64,000 nucleotides of DNA from an uncultured Poribacteria bacterium (GTDB lineage Bacteria; Poribacteria; WGA-4E; WGA-3G): the NCBI GenBank assembly GCA_951813565.1, contig OX638351.1:1984001-2048000 (forward strand). The letters are read 5' to 3'. The notes under the pieces are model-generated. The model searched no databases and was not told the origin of the DNA. It was given only the letters and a program-made list of their open reading frames with translations. Numbering within the stretch: position 1 is the first letter of the stretch; each line of letters starts with the position of its first letter. A program made the position numbers and the translations under genes. Positions 30,432-41,200 of the stretch are shown here, piece by piece.

Positions 30432-32039
30432 GTGGACTTAGGAAACGCACACCCATATGATTTTAATGAATCTGATAACACTGATCAAGTTGAATTTGAT
30501 GACTTAATGGAATTCACACCGGGGGAAATCAGTGAACGCGAAGATCTGATAAAAACCTATCTACGCGACATGGGGAAAGTACCTTTGATAGATAAAAATA
30601 AAGAGATTGAATTATCCCAGCAAATTGAGATGGGGTTCCGCCAGGCACAAGCAGCTACATTTTCAACTCGGCTTGCTGTTGCAGAGGTCCGGAAACTTCT
30701 TTATAAAATTATCATTGCTAAAAAACGAGCATCTGATATTATTGATATGTCAGTTTCGAGTAGCTCTACCCGTGATAAGGAGCGAAAACTACGTGAAAAA
30801 GTAGAAAAGATGATGCGAGTCATTGAAACTTTAGAACTGGAATATCTTGTTGCTGCCAAGGACGCTGCTAAGAACAATTCATTCGTAGAATTTGAAACAG
30901 TTGGGAGTTATGCAAACTTCGTAAAACACCTTGAACAACTGAAGATTGACCGCGAAGAAATTAGCAAAATATCAGGACAGGTTAAAGAGGTTGAACGGAA
31001 TATTACTGACCGAGAACAAGAAATCGCACGGCTCCAAAAACAACACAACCTTCCGCCAGAATGGTTCAACGGAAGGCTTAACGCCGAAACTCATAATTTC
31101 AAAACGGTTGCTGCAAAAGAAGCATATATCAACATCGTTCGTTACCAACGCGAGATTCAACAATACCTAAATACAATCGGTATCTCCCGTGACTCCCTCC
31201 AAACTACTACTAAGCAAATTTGTGTCGGAGAATCCAATGCCCAAGATGCCAAAATGGCGATTGTTGAAGCGAATCTCAGGTTAGTTGTAAGTATTGCAAA
31301 GAAGTATAAACATCAAGCCCCTGGACTTGAATTTCTTGATCTGATCCAGGAAGGTAATATAGGGCTAATGAGAGCGGTTGATAAGTTTGATTATCAACGT
31401 GGTTTTAAGTTTAGCACTTACGCTACGTGGTGGATACGGCAGAGTATCACTCGTGCCATTGCAGACCAAGGTCGTACTATCCGTATCCCGGTTCACATGC
31501 ATGAGAGAATTAATAAACTGAGGCGCGCTGAACGTTCACTCATCCAAGAATTAGGACGTCGACCTACACCAGAAGAGATTGCCGCGGACATGGGAATTCC
31601 AGAAGATAAAGTGCGAGAAGTTTTGCGGATTGTTCCAGAAACTGTCTCATTAGAAACACCTATTGGAGACGATGATGATGACAGTCAATTAGGGGATTTC
31701 ATTGAAGATGTGAGTGTTTTGTCGCCAGCCACAGAAGCTGAGCTGAGCATCCTCAAAGAACGTATTCAAGAGGCACTTGCAGATTTGTCTGAGAGGGAGC
31801 GAGAGGTGATTGTCCTCCGCTTTGGAATTGAAGACGATACCGTGAATCCACTGTTGTCTGAACCAACTCGCCAACGAATTGAAGAACTTTGTATTACAAC
31901 TGGTTACCCAAAAACGCTTGAGGAGGTCGGTGTCGTTTTTGATGTCACACGAGAACGTATTCGTCAAATTGAGGCGAAAGCCCTCCGTAAACTTCGTCAT
32001 CCTGTTCGAAGCCATCGCCTGCGTGGTTTTATAGAATAA
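30432..32039 (+). CDS. rpoD: Primary sigma factor RpoD
   Basis: YLRDMG (1.2), [48 protein letters not shown]...[20 protein letters not shown] start. Confidence 0.97.
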   Translation: MDLGNAHPYDFNESDNTDQVEFDDLMEFTPGEISEREDLIKTYLRDMGKVPLIDKNKEIELSQQIEMGFRQAQAATFSTRLAVAEVRKLLYKIIIAKKRASDIIDMSVSSSSTRDKERKLREKVEKMMRVIETLELEYLVAAKDAAKNNSFVEFETVGSYANFVKHLEQLKIDREEISKISGQVKEVERNITDREQEIARLQKQHNLPPEWFNGRLNAETHNFKTVAAKEAYINIVRYQREIQQYLNTIGISRDSLQTTTKQICVGESNAQDAKMAIVEANLRLVVSIAKKYKHQAPGLEFLDLIQEGNIGLMRAVDKFDYQRGFKFSTYATWWIRQSITRAIADQGRTIRIPVHMHERINKLRRAERSLIQELGRRPTPEEIAADMGIPEDKVREVLRIVPETVSLETPIGDDDDDSQLGDFIEDVSVLSPATEAELSILKERIQEALADLSEREREVIVLRFGIEDDTVNPLLSEPTRQRIEELCITTGYPKTLEEVGVVFDVTRERIRQIEAKALRKLRHPVRSHRLRGFIE

Positions 32040-32210
32040 CAGCGATTAACCCATAGAAATACCAACCACTCAGCATTGCAGAGTAATTCAATTCTCCAAT
32101 AATTTCTTCCTTCTCTCTAAAACCTCTTCTTGTAGGAGCGACCTCCCGGTCGCGACATGACCAAAATGCTGAGAAAAAACTGAAAACTGAATTACGCTTC
32201 AAGAATTCCA

Positions 32211-32408
32211 GGGTGTGTAAATATTTTGACATTAACCATGCCACTTTTCTTGTAAGAGGGCTTTGTCCGCCCGATAAATTCAAATCAACGCCAAATGTGC
32301 ATTTGGCATTTGTTCAAATCAATGATGAATAGACTTGTAGTATTCATCGGGGTTGAAAACCCCTCCTACAGAAGAGAAGAAGTATTCATGTCAAAACTTT
32401 ACACACCC
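32211..32408. mobile_element. GGGTGTGTAAA-family MITE
   Basis: TIRs; AGAATTCC present on both flanks; internal REP pair and one micro-element. Confidence 0.75.
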
Positions 32409-32607
32409 CAGAATTCCCAGGGTTATTTAGTTCTCCATATTTTCGGTTATTCTTGAATGCCCCTCTTGCTGTAGGAGCGAGCTCCAGCTCGCGACTTTTT
32501 TGACGAAAATGTGCAAAAACCCTAAAACTAAATAACCTTGCAGAATTCCAGAATTCCATAAAAACTTGATTTTTTATTTCAAACAAGGTATAATTAAAAA
32601 ACAATAT

Positions 32608-32680
32608 GGGCCCATAGCTCAGTGGTCAGAGCCGCCGGCTCATAACCGGCTGGTCCTAGGTTCGAGTCCTAGTGGGCCCA
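32608..32680 (+). tRNA. tRNA with CAT anticodon, most likely tRNA-Ile2 (lysidine)
   Basis: Cloverleaf GGGCCCA/TGGGCCC, loop CTCATAA; paired 1-72 position and no triple G-C anticodon stem, so not initiator; preceded by TTGATT-17-TATAAT. Confidence 0.9.
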
Positions 32681-32691
32681 TCTCTTCTCAT

Positions 32692-32764
32692 GGGGCGTTA
32701 GCTCAGGGGTACGAGCGCTACCTTCACACGGTAGAAGTCACTGGTTCAAATCCAGTACGCCCCA
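32692..32764 (+). tRNA. tRNA-Val (CAC)
   Basis: GGGGCGT/ACGCCCC acceptor, anticodon loop TTCACAC, TTCAAAT T-loop. Confidence 0.93.
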
Positions 32765-32979
32765 TCGCTTAGGGAAGCGTCCTACCTACCGCGTGAAGGT
32801 ATCTGTGATTACGTTCTGACAAAATTAGGTAAACCATTAAATCTGACTTTTGGAGGAATAAACAGTGTATCTTACTTCAACTATCCTATCTCCATTATCC
32901 TTTTGTAAACATAATTTTGCCATAAATTGATGCTTTTGCAAAAAAAAAAGCTAAACTTTTTCTGGTGAGATTGATATAT

Positions 32980-33891
32980 TATAGTAAATCCCGTAATTAC
33001 TTATACACTTTTATAATATCATCAATAGAGGTCTCAGCGTTGTATTGACGTATCCGCTTGATGTTGGCGAAATCCTTCTCAATCGGGTTCAACTCCGGTG
33101 AATACGGCGGTAAAAACAACAAACTCGCACCGCAATCCCGGATCAATGCCGCCGTCTGTGAACCTTTGTGGAAAGACGCATTATCCATAATCACAACATG
33201 GCTATCGTCAAGCAATGGACACAACATTTCCGAAAGCCAACTGTTGAAGGCGACCGCGTCGCAACTGCCCTCGAAAAGCACAGGTGCTGTGAAACATCCA
33301 TCAAGCCTTGCAGCAATCAGCGTCGTGGTGGTATACCGATGGCTTGGCACTTTATCTTCAACACGGACACCTTTCGGGGCATAAGCATACCGACGGAAAG
33401 TGGTTTCAGTGAAACCACTTTCGTCAAGATAAACCGGTGTTTTGCCATGCGCCTGTGTCTCTTGTTGAAGTGCCGAAAGATACTCTTGGCGTTTTATCGG
33501 ACACTGTTCTTTGTAGGTCGTGGTCTTTTTTTTCGCGTGATATTGAGTTTTGAGAAGGCATAAAAGATGCCATTTGTTGAAACACCGAAGTGTTTAGCAC
33601 GTTCGGCGAGTGTGGAATCTGGGAAATCGGCAACATGTTGCTGAAGTGCGTCATAATCAATATCTCGGGGCCCTTTGGGTCCCGGTTTTTCACAGGCGAA
33701 GGGGTCTTCTGCTTCCAACCAGTTATAGATCGTTCTTCTTGAGACACGAAAAGTGCGTTCTGCGGCGGCTTTACTGCCACCATTATTGATGAAATCAAGC
33801 ACGCGTTTGCGTAAATCTGTTGAATATGCCATAATTATAAAGGCTAGCATAAATCCCAGAAAATGTAAACTTATTTTCAATATCTACTATA
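32980..33891 (-). mobile_element. IS630 family element; transposase 33832..32997 split by a -1 frameshift at an A8 tract
   Basis: MAYSTDLRKRVLDF HTH, then YLDESG, MDNASFH, LPPYSPELNPIE; TATAGTA...TACTATA ends consistent with a TA target. Confidence 0.9.
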
Positions 33892-33963
33892 AACATAACA
33901 GGTGATCACCTCGTTATTTTATAGTTTGAAACGATTAACTTTTCTCGTTATCTTGCTTATAAA

Positions 33964-34126
33964 AACGTGAGTTTGATAAATAGTTAGAACTTCCACATTT
34001 CCTCTTAAAGTCTCTCTGATAAGGGGGATTTAGGGGGTTAAAAACACCAAAATAACGATTTTTTCAGCAAATATGCCCGTTCTCTGTTCAATTTTTGCCT
34101 GTCCAGTTAATTATCAAACTCACGTT
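33964..34126. mobile_element. MITE with AACGTGAGTTTGATAA TIRs
   Basis: Perfect 16-bp TIR; ATAAA flanking duplication; second copy at 57657..58135. Confidence 0.8.
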
Positions 34127-34143
34127 ATAAAAGGAAGTAACCG

Positions 34144-34782
34144 ATGAAATATCAACGCGGTCCACATTACTCAGGTAAGTGTCCATTCAAGATTGTCCCA
34201 GAAGATCCGATCTCTGCTGATCAGTCAATACGTCATTGTGTTGATTGTGCGACAGAGTACAACAAGCGGTTGAAAAGTCTTAAAGAGGACTTCTATCAAG
34301 TCGCTATGTTAACGGTTCTGGAATCAATACCGAAGTATAACCCGAACCATCCGAGCGGTGCCAGTTTCACTACATTTATCAAGAAACGCGTGTGTACACG
34401 ACTGTGGTGGGAACGGAAGAAAGAATTAAATTCTTTACCATTTCCACATGACGAACAACCCACGGATGATGACAACTGGACGCCAAATCCGTTAGTTGCT
34501 GGTTTGAATGCTGAAGCGTGTGCACATGAAGCATTAGAAGACGAAGTGATTCGGCAGCTTGAGGTGGAACAATTCTGTGAACATTTACCTCAATTTTTGG
34601 CAAAACTTACCGAAAAACAACGCCGTGTCCTTGAAATGAAGTATTTTGAAGAATGCAGCGGTGTTGAGATAGCCAAAGCACTCGGTATCTCAAAAGGTAG
34701 AGTGAGTCAAATTATGAAAACCGCTTTGGAAAAGGTGAAAAAGGCATACCTCCTTGCATTAGAGAAAGGTTTCAAATTTTAA
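34144..34782 (+). CDS. Compact sigma70-family alternative sigma factor
   Basis: Region 2-like EDFYQVAML...YNP...SFTTFIKKRV; region 4 LTEKQRRVLEMKYFE...EIAKALGISKGRVSQI. Confidence 0.85.
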   Translation: MKYQRGPHYSGKCPFKIVPEDPISADQSIRHCVDCATEYNKRLKSLKEDFYQVAMLTVLESIPKYNPNHPSGASFTTFIKKRVCTRLWWERKKELNSLPFPHDEQPTDDDNWTPNPLVAGLNAEACAHEALEDEVIRQLEVEQFCEHLPQFLAKLTEKQRRVLEMKYFEECSGVEIAKALGISKGRVSQIMKTALEKVKKAYLLALEKGFKF

Positions 34783-34848
34783 AACTAACGTCCTTGACGT
34801 TGATTTAAAATACCGACACCTGTTTAGGTGCCAAAAGGAGATTACAAA

Positions 34849-35676
34849 ATGTTTAAGTTGAAGTTCAAGACAATCGCGATTGCAATCGCAATTCTGTCCA
34901 TCTTTTTGCTCAGTTTTGCTGGCAATAGCGAAGCACTTCAGATTACAACACTGGAACCTGCGTACGGGTCATACGACTCAGATTATGCCCATACAGTTTA
35001 CTTGGAAACCGATAGACCTTATTACGTAGTACAGTGGTATGTTGACGGTGTTTACGCATGGACCTCCATTGGAGGTCTTGAGGGTGATGAGGACGGGCCG
35101 ACTTCTGCCTTTTTTTGTACGGATTATCTCAGCGGAAGCGTAACAGGAACCCCTCATGCTGTTGAAGCCATTGCTTGGGATCAAGAAGATCACAGTAATA
35201 CACTTTCAGACTCCGACTCTTACACATTCTATATCTTTGAACCGACAATCGTTGAAGTCGAGGGTGATGAAACCGATGTAGAGGCAACCTTGACTGTCCA
35301 TAGACATTATTATAGGCATCCGATGGTATACGCAGATTTATCGGCTTCCGCCTATAACCCGCTTGATGAAGATGAAATAGGGAAACGTTTGGCAACCCGG
35401 TATGTTGCTGCGGAGTTTAAACTCACAGTCTCTGGTCCGAACGTAAATGTTGTAAACACAGGCAGTGCGCCGCGAACAAAACTTCCCTCGCTGGAGTCTG
35501 TTGGCCCCGCCTCTGCATCCCTATACTGCTCCATTGCTGAAGGGATTGCAGGTCGGACATACACTTCCAGGGCGTATGTCGCTATTGATGCTGATGGTCC
35601 TGCGCCACAGAATCCTGACGCGCAGGACTACTTGGAATATATAGATGGGCAAACGTTTACACGTGAAGATGATTAG
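34849..35676 (+). CDS. Secreted hypothetical beta-rich protein, paralog of 443..1249
   Basis: RBS AAGGAG; signal peptide ending NSEA. Confidence 0.8.
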   Translation: MFKLKFKTIAIAIAILSIFLLSFAGNSEALQITTLEPAYGSYDSDYAHTVYLETDRPYYVVQWYVDGVYAWTSIGGLEGDEDGPTSAFFCTDYLSGSVTGTPHAVEAIAWDQEDHSNTLSDSDSYTFYIFEPTIVEVEGDETDVEATLTVHRHYYRHPMVYADLSASAYNPLDEDEIGKRLATRYVAAEFKLTVSGPNVNVVNTGSAPRTKLPSLESVGPASASLYCSIAEGIAGRTYTSRAYVAIDADGPAPQNPDAQDYLEYIDGQTFTREDD

Positions 35677-35740
35677 CCGTTAGGCAAACTTTATGGGAGG
35701 GATTCGCAACGTTTCCCTCCCATCGCAAAGGAGAACTACG

Positions 35741-36853
35741 ATGCGTTTATTACTTACCACATGCTGCCTGATCTTACTACTTTTTTCCACGATTGCAAAC
35801 GCCAAAATCATTTTTTACTCAAGTTACAATGATATTCGGGGAATTTATATCATGGATGATGACGGCAGCAATATCACACTACTCACCGATACGCTAAGAC
35901 CGTTTTTTCCCCGTTGGTCTCCGGACGGTAAACAGATCGTATTTCAAAGACGTGTGAAGCTGATCGATTCACAACAATTTCATCTTTTCCTCATGGACGC
36001 AGATGGAACAAACATTCGGCAACTCACACCCCCACTAAATGGTTTTGATGCACATCCGTCTTTTTCACCGGATGGAAAGTCTATTGTTTTTATACGTTAT
36101 GAGCAGATAGACAAGCAAAATAAAGAAAACAGTGTGTGTGTGCTGGATCTGGAGAGCGGTCAGATTAAAAAGATCTCTGATCTCGGGATAAACGACCCGT
36201 CATTTTCACCAGATGGAAAACAGATCGTCTTTACCACTACTCCCGTTGTTGGCGGTGAAGGCGGCAATGTGTGGATTATGAATGCGGATGGCCGCGATGC
36301 ACGCCCGCTACTTCCGCCTGCACCACAAGGGAATTTGGGCGTCAGCAGATGGATACCGAAATGGTCACCCGATGGAAAAAAGATACTCTATACAGAAGAC
36401 CGGGATAAACTTGAGGTCATTGGTAACGGCATACACACACTCCCACAAGGCTATTACTATTTTATTTATGATACCAGAAACAAACAGTCTCAGCAATTAA
36501 ATATACCGAAGACTTTGCGTCCTCAGAGCATTGACTGGATGGATGGCGATAAATCTATCGTTTTCAGCGCGTATAAAAGAAAGTTGAACGAACTGCGAGA
36601 TCCTAACACCCGATATAATCCGAATATCTATAAATATCATATTGCCACAGGGAAACTGACACGTTTGACGGAACATCCAGGGTACGATTACCAATTAGAT
36701 TGGATTGATGATCGTGTCTATGCGATATCACCCGCGGGCAAAAAACCGGTGCAATGGGGGGAACTAAAAAAATTTCTTCAGAGTCGCAGTGAAGCCGTTA
36801 AAACGTTTTTCGCAAGACCTGTAATGTTTTCTGCGGATCGCACTTCATTTTGA
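35741..36853 (+). CDS. TolB-like PD40 beta-propeller with WGxxK motif
   Basis: RBS AAGGAG, signal peptide, WSPDGKQIVF and FSPDGKSIVF repeats, AISPAGKKPVQWGELKK. Confidence 0.85.
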   Translation: MRLLLTTCCLILLLFSTIANAKIIFYSSYNDIRGIYIMDDDGSNITLLTDTLRPFFPRWSPDGKQIVFQRRVKLIDSQQFHLFLMDADGTNIRQLTPPLNGFDAHPSFSPDGKSIVFIRYEQIDKQNKENSVCVLDLESGQIKKISDLGINDPSFSPDGKQIVFTTTPVVGGEGGNVWIMNADGRDARPLLPPAPQGNLGVSRWIPKWSPDGKKILYTEDRDKLEVIGNGIHTLPQGYYYFIYDTRNKQSQQLNIPKTLRPQSIDWMDGDKSIVFSAYKRKLNELRDPNTRYNPNIYKYHIATGKLTRLTEHPGYDYQLDWIDDRVYAISPAGKKPVQWGELKKFLQSRSEAVKTFFARPVMFSADRTSF

Positions 36854-36890
36854 AGGGTATAATGCCCTTCTCAAAATTAGGTGAATAACC

Positions 36891-38021
36891 ATGCGTCTAC
36901 AAAAAGTCAGTTTGCTTTGCTTACTAATGCTACTGCTTTTCGGTGTGGTGGCAGATGCGAAAATCGTTTTTAGTTCCAGACGCGACGGTGTGAAAGGTAT
37001 TTACGTTATGGACGATGATGGTAGCAACCAGACGCTTCTCATTGAAGATGGAGAAAAGTGGTTCCCATACCCTGATTGCTGGTCGCCCGATGGTAAATGG
37101 ATTGCATTTACGAGACGTTATAGTGATAACTTGATGCATTCAGATGGCACAAACATCCAAAAACTCATAATCCCTAAAGCGTATGTCGGTAGAATGTCAT
37201 TTTCACCGGATGGCAAAGCTCTCGTTTTTAATATGAGAGTGGACATAGATGGCAAAGAGATAAAGACCGTCAACGTGCTGAATATAGAAACGGGGGAGAT
37301 AAAAGAGATAGCGGATGTCAGTGCGATCTTTTGTGATTGGTCGCCTGATGGCAAGTCTATTGTGTTCTCAAAGCCGGGCGTGGTTGACGATGTAGGTGGC
37401 ACGCTTTGGATAATGGGAGCCGATGGTAATAGACCACGAAAACTACTACCTCACCCTGAACGGGGACGCTTCAAAGCACCGCGCTGGTCACCCGATGGCA
37501 AACAGGTTGTCTATCTCCATGACGAATATGTGTGGGAACCACGGGACGGATTCGGCCTTGCGCTTATCTACAAGGCGCATCGGTATCTGATTTGTGATCG
37601 CAACGGAAGAAACATCAAAAAACTACGGATACCAAAGGACTGGCGACCAATACAAATTGACTGGATGGATGATGGCAAATCCGTTGTTTTCAGCGCGTAT
37701 GTTGGACTCCCTTTAGACGAAATGGTACATCCCGATCAGCTCCCACCGTGCAATATCTATAAGTACCATATCCCGACAACCGAGATTACGCGCCTCACAG
37801 ACCATCTGGGAAAGGATGACTCGCTGGATTGGATCAGCGATGATGTGCTTTCTGTTTCACCTAAAGGTAAGATGCAAACGCAGTGGGGTGCGATAAAAAA
37901 GTTTCTTCAGAGTCGTAGTGAAGCGTTTAAGGCGTTTTTCGCAAAACGTGTTAGTTTTCCTGCAGAATTAACGTTAAATGTGCATGCAGCATTTAGTGGT
38001 TTGTCAAAAACTCAAGATTAA
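36891..38021 (+). CDS. TolB-like PD40 beta-propeller with WGxxK motif
   Basis: Signal peptide, WSPDG repeats, SVSPKGKMQTQWGAIKK. Confidence 0.85.
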   Translation: MRLQKVSLLCLLMLLLFGVVADAKIVFSSRRDGVKGIYVMDDDGSNQTLLIEDGEKWFPYPDCWSPDGKWIAFTRRYSDNLMHSDGTNIQKLIIPKAYVGRMSFSPDGKALVFNMRVDIDGKEIKTVNVLNIETGEIKEIADVSAIFCDWSPDGKSIVFSKPGVVDDVGGTLWIMGADGNRPRKLLPHPERGRFKAPRWSPDGKQVVYLHDEYVWEPRDGFGLALIYKAHRYLICDRNGRNIKKLRIPKDWRPIQIDWMDDGKSVVFSAYVGLPLDEMVHPDQLPPCNIYKYHIPTTEITRLTDHLGKDDSLDWISDDVLSVSPKGKMQTQWGAIKKFLQSRSEAFKAFFAKRVSFPAELTLNVHAAFSGLSKTQD

Positions 38022-38284
38022 GTTAACACCTTTGTGTTGAAGGGTATCTCTTTCAAGACACCCTTTCACATCTAAAGAAAAACACAATGCTAAAGCATAA
38101 ACCGATTCACCCAATTTTCAACAACCGCTGGAGTCCTGTGATTGAGTTCGCAACAGATAGTCTGCTTTTCATGCTTTTTGGCATAGCTGGAGTCGTGCTT
38201 TCTGTTCTTTCCGATTGTGTGGTGAAGGTTTTTCAGGGAAAGGATTCACGGTAAAGTCGTGTTGATTTTACTATACCTCTGATA

Positions 38285-41200
38285 TTATTCAAATTCGCCT
38301 CTCACCGTCAGCGCACTTGCAACGGAAAGGTAATCCCTTCCTTCTTCAACCCTATCGTGGTTGTAGCTTAGTCCCAAATGTAGATTTGCAGTGAGATGGT
38401 CGCTAAGTTTGTAGCCTGCACGTAAAGTTGTCTCGTATCGTTCAGAACGTTCCTCCTTATTGGCACCGTAGTTTTCTCTGCGAATTGCCAAAGAAAAGGT
38501 ATTTGTCAGATCAATGTCGTGCTCAAGTTGTATTCTGCCGATCAGTGGCAAGCGTATACCGCCTTCGGTTCGGTAGCGATAGTCAATACTAAAATTCGGT
38601 GTAATAATAAAAGCGTCGCTTTGAATTCCGCTTCGTAGATGATCACGTAGGGTAGTACGAATTCCTAATGAAGTCCTGGTTTCGTCGCTCCATTTTTGCA
38701 TCCAACTTAGCGATGGGGTATGTGCGGTACTGTCACTGAGCGTAACTTCAAGGTTAGCATTCTTCCGTATTGTATAGCTATAACGAAGTTGGAAACTTGA
38801 TGCCTGTTGTGCATTAAGCTTAACATCCGCTTCATAAGTTTCTGCGTGTGATGTATAAGTGCTACCGTAACTTTTCCGAAAACTATCGGATGTGCTGAGA
38901 TTCGTTCCGAAGGATAACCATTTCCACGGATCCACAGAAGTGCGGACTGTATAGCGGTTGCTTTTTCGTGAATTGGTGCGTTCATCTGCTTCTTGATCAA
39001 GCTCCCAGATTTCTATCAGCGACTGCCCAGATTCAAGTTGACGAAAAGATTCGGTTGTGGAATAGTTTGCACTGGTGTTAATCGTAAATGTATTCAGTAT
39101 TCGAAGCAGGAGACCTTCCTGCTTAGGCTGTTGCGTGGCAAGAGAACCTTGTGCTGTAGGACTGGGACGCTGCTTTTGCACCATCTCTGCTTTATCTCGG
39201 TTAATCCAATCGTTTTGATCTTCTACTAATTTCTGAATTTGGGTTTCATCAATACCATTTTCGCGTAACTTTTCAAGATTTTGTTCAATCGGTGTCTGTT
39301 TCCCCGACTGTTCAATCGTTCCATCCTGATTCCCGTTTATGCCTCCAGTTTCTGGTTTTTCCTTATTCAACAGCCATCCGAACCATTTTTGGATGCGTAG
39401 ATTCAAGCCGAGGTTGATATTTCCATTGAGTGAAGCATCTTTCTTTACATTGAACCAGTTCTCCCGGAAACCTACACGGCTTGTCACCGTTGGACGTAAG
39501 CCGAGGAGATCACGATTGAGTCGTGGGGTGAGTGAAAGCCGATGTTCTCGTTCGGCAATAGAAAAATCTGGTACGGTATCTTCATCAGGATCCTCTTCCA
39601 CAGAAGAATCAGGCTCCGTCACGCCTCCCGCAAAATATGATGTTGTATAGCGATTTGGATCCCGTCTTTCAAGTGTCCGCCGTATATCGTAACTTGGATT
39701 AAGACTAAAAGCGTTTATTGGACTGATATCAAGTGTTATGGATCCGCTGTCTGTTTTTTCATCTCGATTCCTACCATAACCGTAGCTATAATATGAAGTT
39801 GATGTAGCGGTTGTATCTGTTGCTGTTTCAGGCTTCGCCAAAATATCTTCATGCCGATATTGCACATTGAACCCAAGTTTTGAACCGATATTGTAGCGAA
39901 AATTGCCTGTGTATAGATGACTAATTTGTGTTCCTCGCCGCTCGTTCCAAAAATCCTGATAATTGTAAGCGAATCCGAGGTTTGGAAACGGATTTCGGTT
40001 GAATTGCACCGAAACATCTCTATTGAGAGTTTCACTCTTTCCGCTTTGAAAAGAGGTATAGCTGCCTCGCAGTGCCTCCGTTTCAGATTCCTGTTCTCGG
40101 ATGGAATAGCGGATAGGCAACCATGAAAACAGTGTGACTTCCGCATCAATGTTGTAATCATTGTTCGTAGTACTATAGCCACGGGACGACAAGCGTTGCC
40201 GACCAATTTCACCAGCGCCGCTCTCAAAGTCTTTGTCCTGACTTGCGTAGCCGCCCCGCAGACGTATGATATTACCAAGCGAAACAGACATATTCCCACG
40301 ACGTGCCCATCCTGAACGAACGAGTGGATCACCGAGATGTATCTCGTTAACCCATACTTCACCGCTAATTTCTCGTTCTGTATCGTTTCGGATACCGAGC
40401 AATATGCCTCCGATATTTTTGATGGAGAGCTGCGTTCTACTTACACCTGATCCTGTGCCTCTAACAGTAAAGCCGTCAGGGTGTCCGTCAGGTGCATTTT
40501 GTACGGGAGACGGTTGTCCTTGCTGATCAGGTGTATCTGTATTATCACTTGGATTTTCAATCAGGTCAGGATATTCATTCCTGCTATGGTCCCGCAGGTC
40601 AATTTCAATAAGTTTCCAACCTTCAAAGTCTATCGGCACAGTGTATTCATAATAGTCTGTAAGATTCTCAAAGATATTAACATCTTCTTCTTGCGGTTGG
40701 TTGAGGAATGGATCAGAACTGTAGAAAGAACTACGATAACCTGTACGCACACTGGGAGCGAGCTGTAGCACAAAGGTAGTGTAGCTTTTATCACCATACA
40801 ACCATAATCGGAGTGTATCGTGCCTGCTAAAGTCTTGCCCTTCGCTTTGCGTGAATCCTTTTAGCTGCTTAGAGGTGATACCGTAAGAGTTCGGATAGAG
40901 ATAATACTCTAAACTTAGCGTCTGTTCGCGTTGTTGCTGTGTTTGAAAAGCGAGCGAAGTGGCTGTAAACGGGTGCAGTTTTCTAAAAAGCTCATTATCT
41001 TCAATCTCCAAATACGCACTTTGATAGTCGTCATAACTGAAGTTATCCTTTGCGCCAACGATGAACTTTTCAAGCGTATCTTCAACGACTTTTTGGTCGG
41101 AAAGTCCAGTGGTTGTATCTGTGAAGGATTGTGTGACTACTCCCTGTTCCCATTTATTTCCTACAATCTCAATAGATGCCCATTGGAATGTTCCCTTGAC

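Noticed and set aside
32765..38021. Prophage or integrative island at tRNA-Val
   Set aside because: No integrase and no duplicated tRNA 3' end found in the window.
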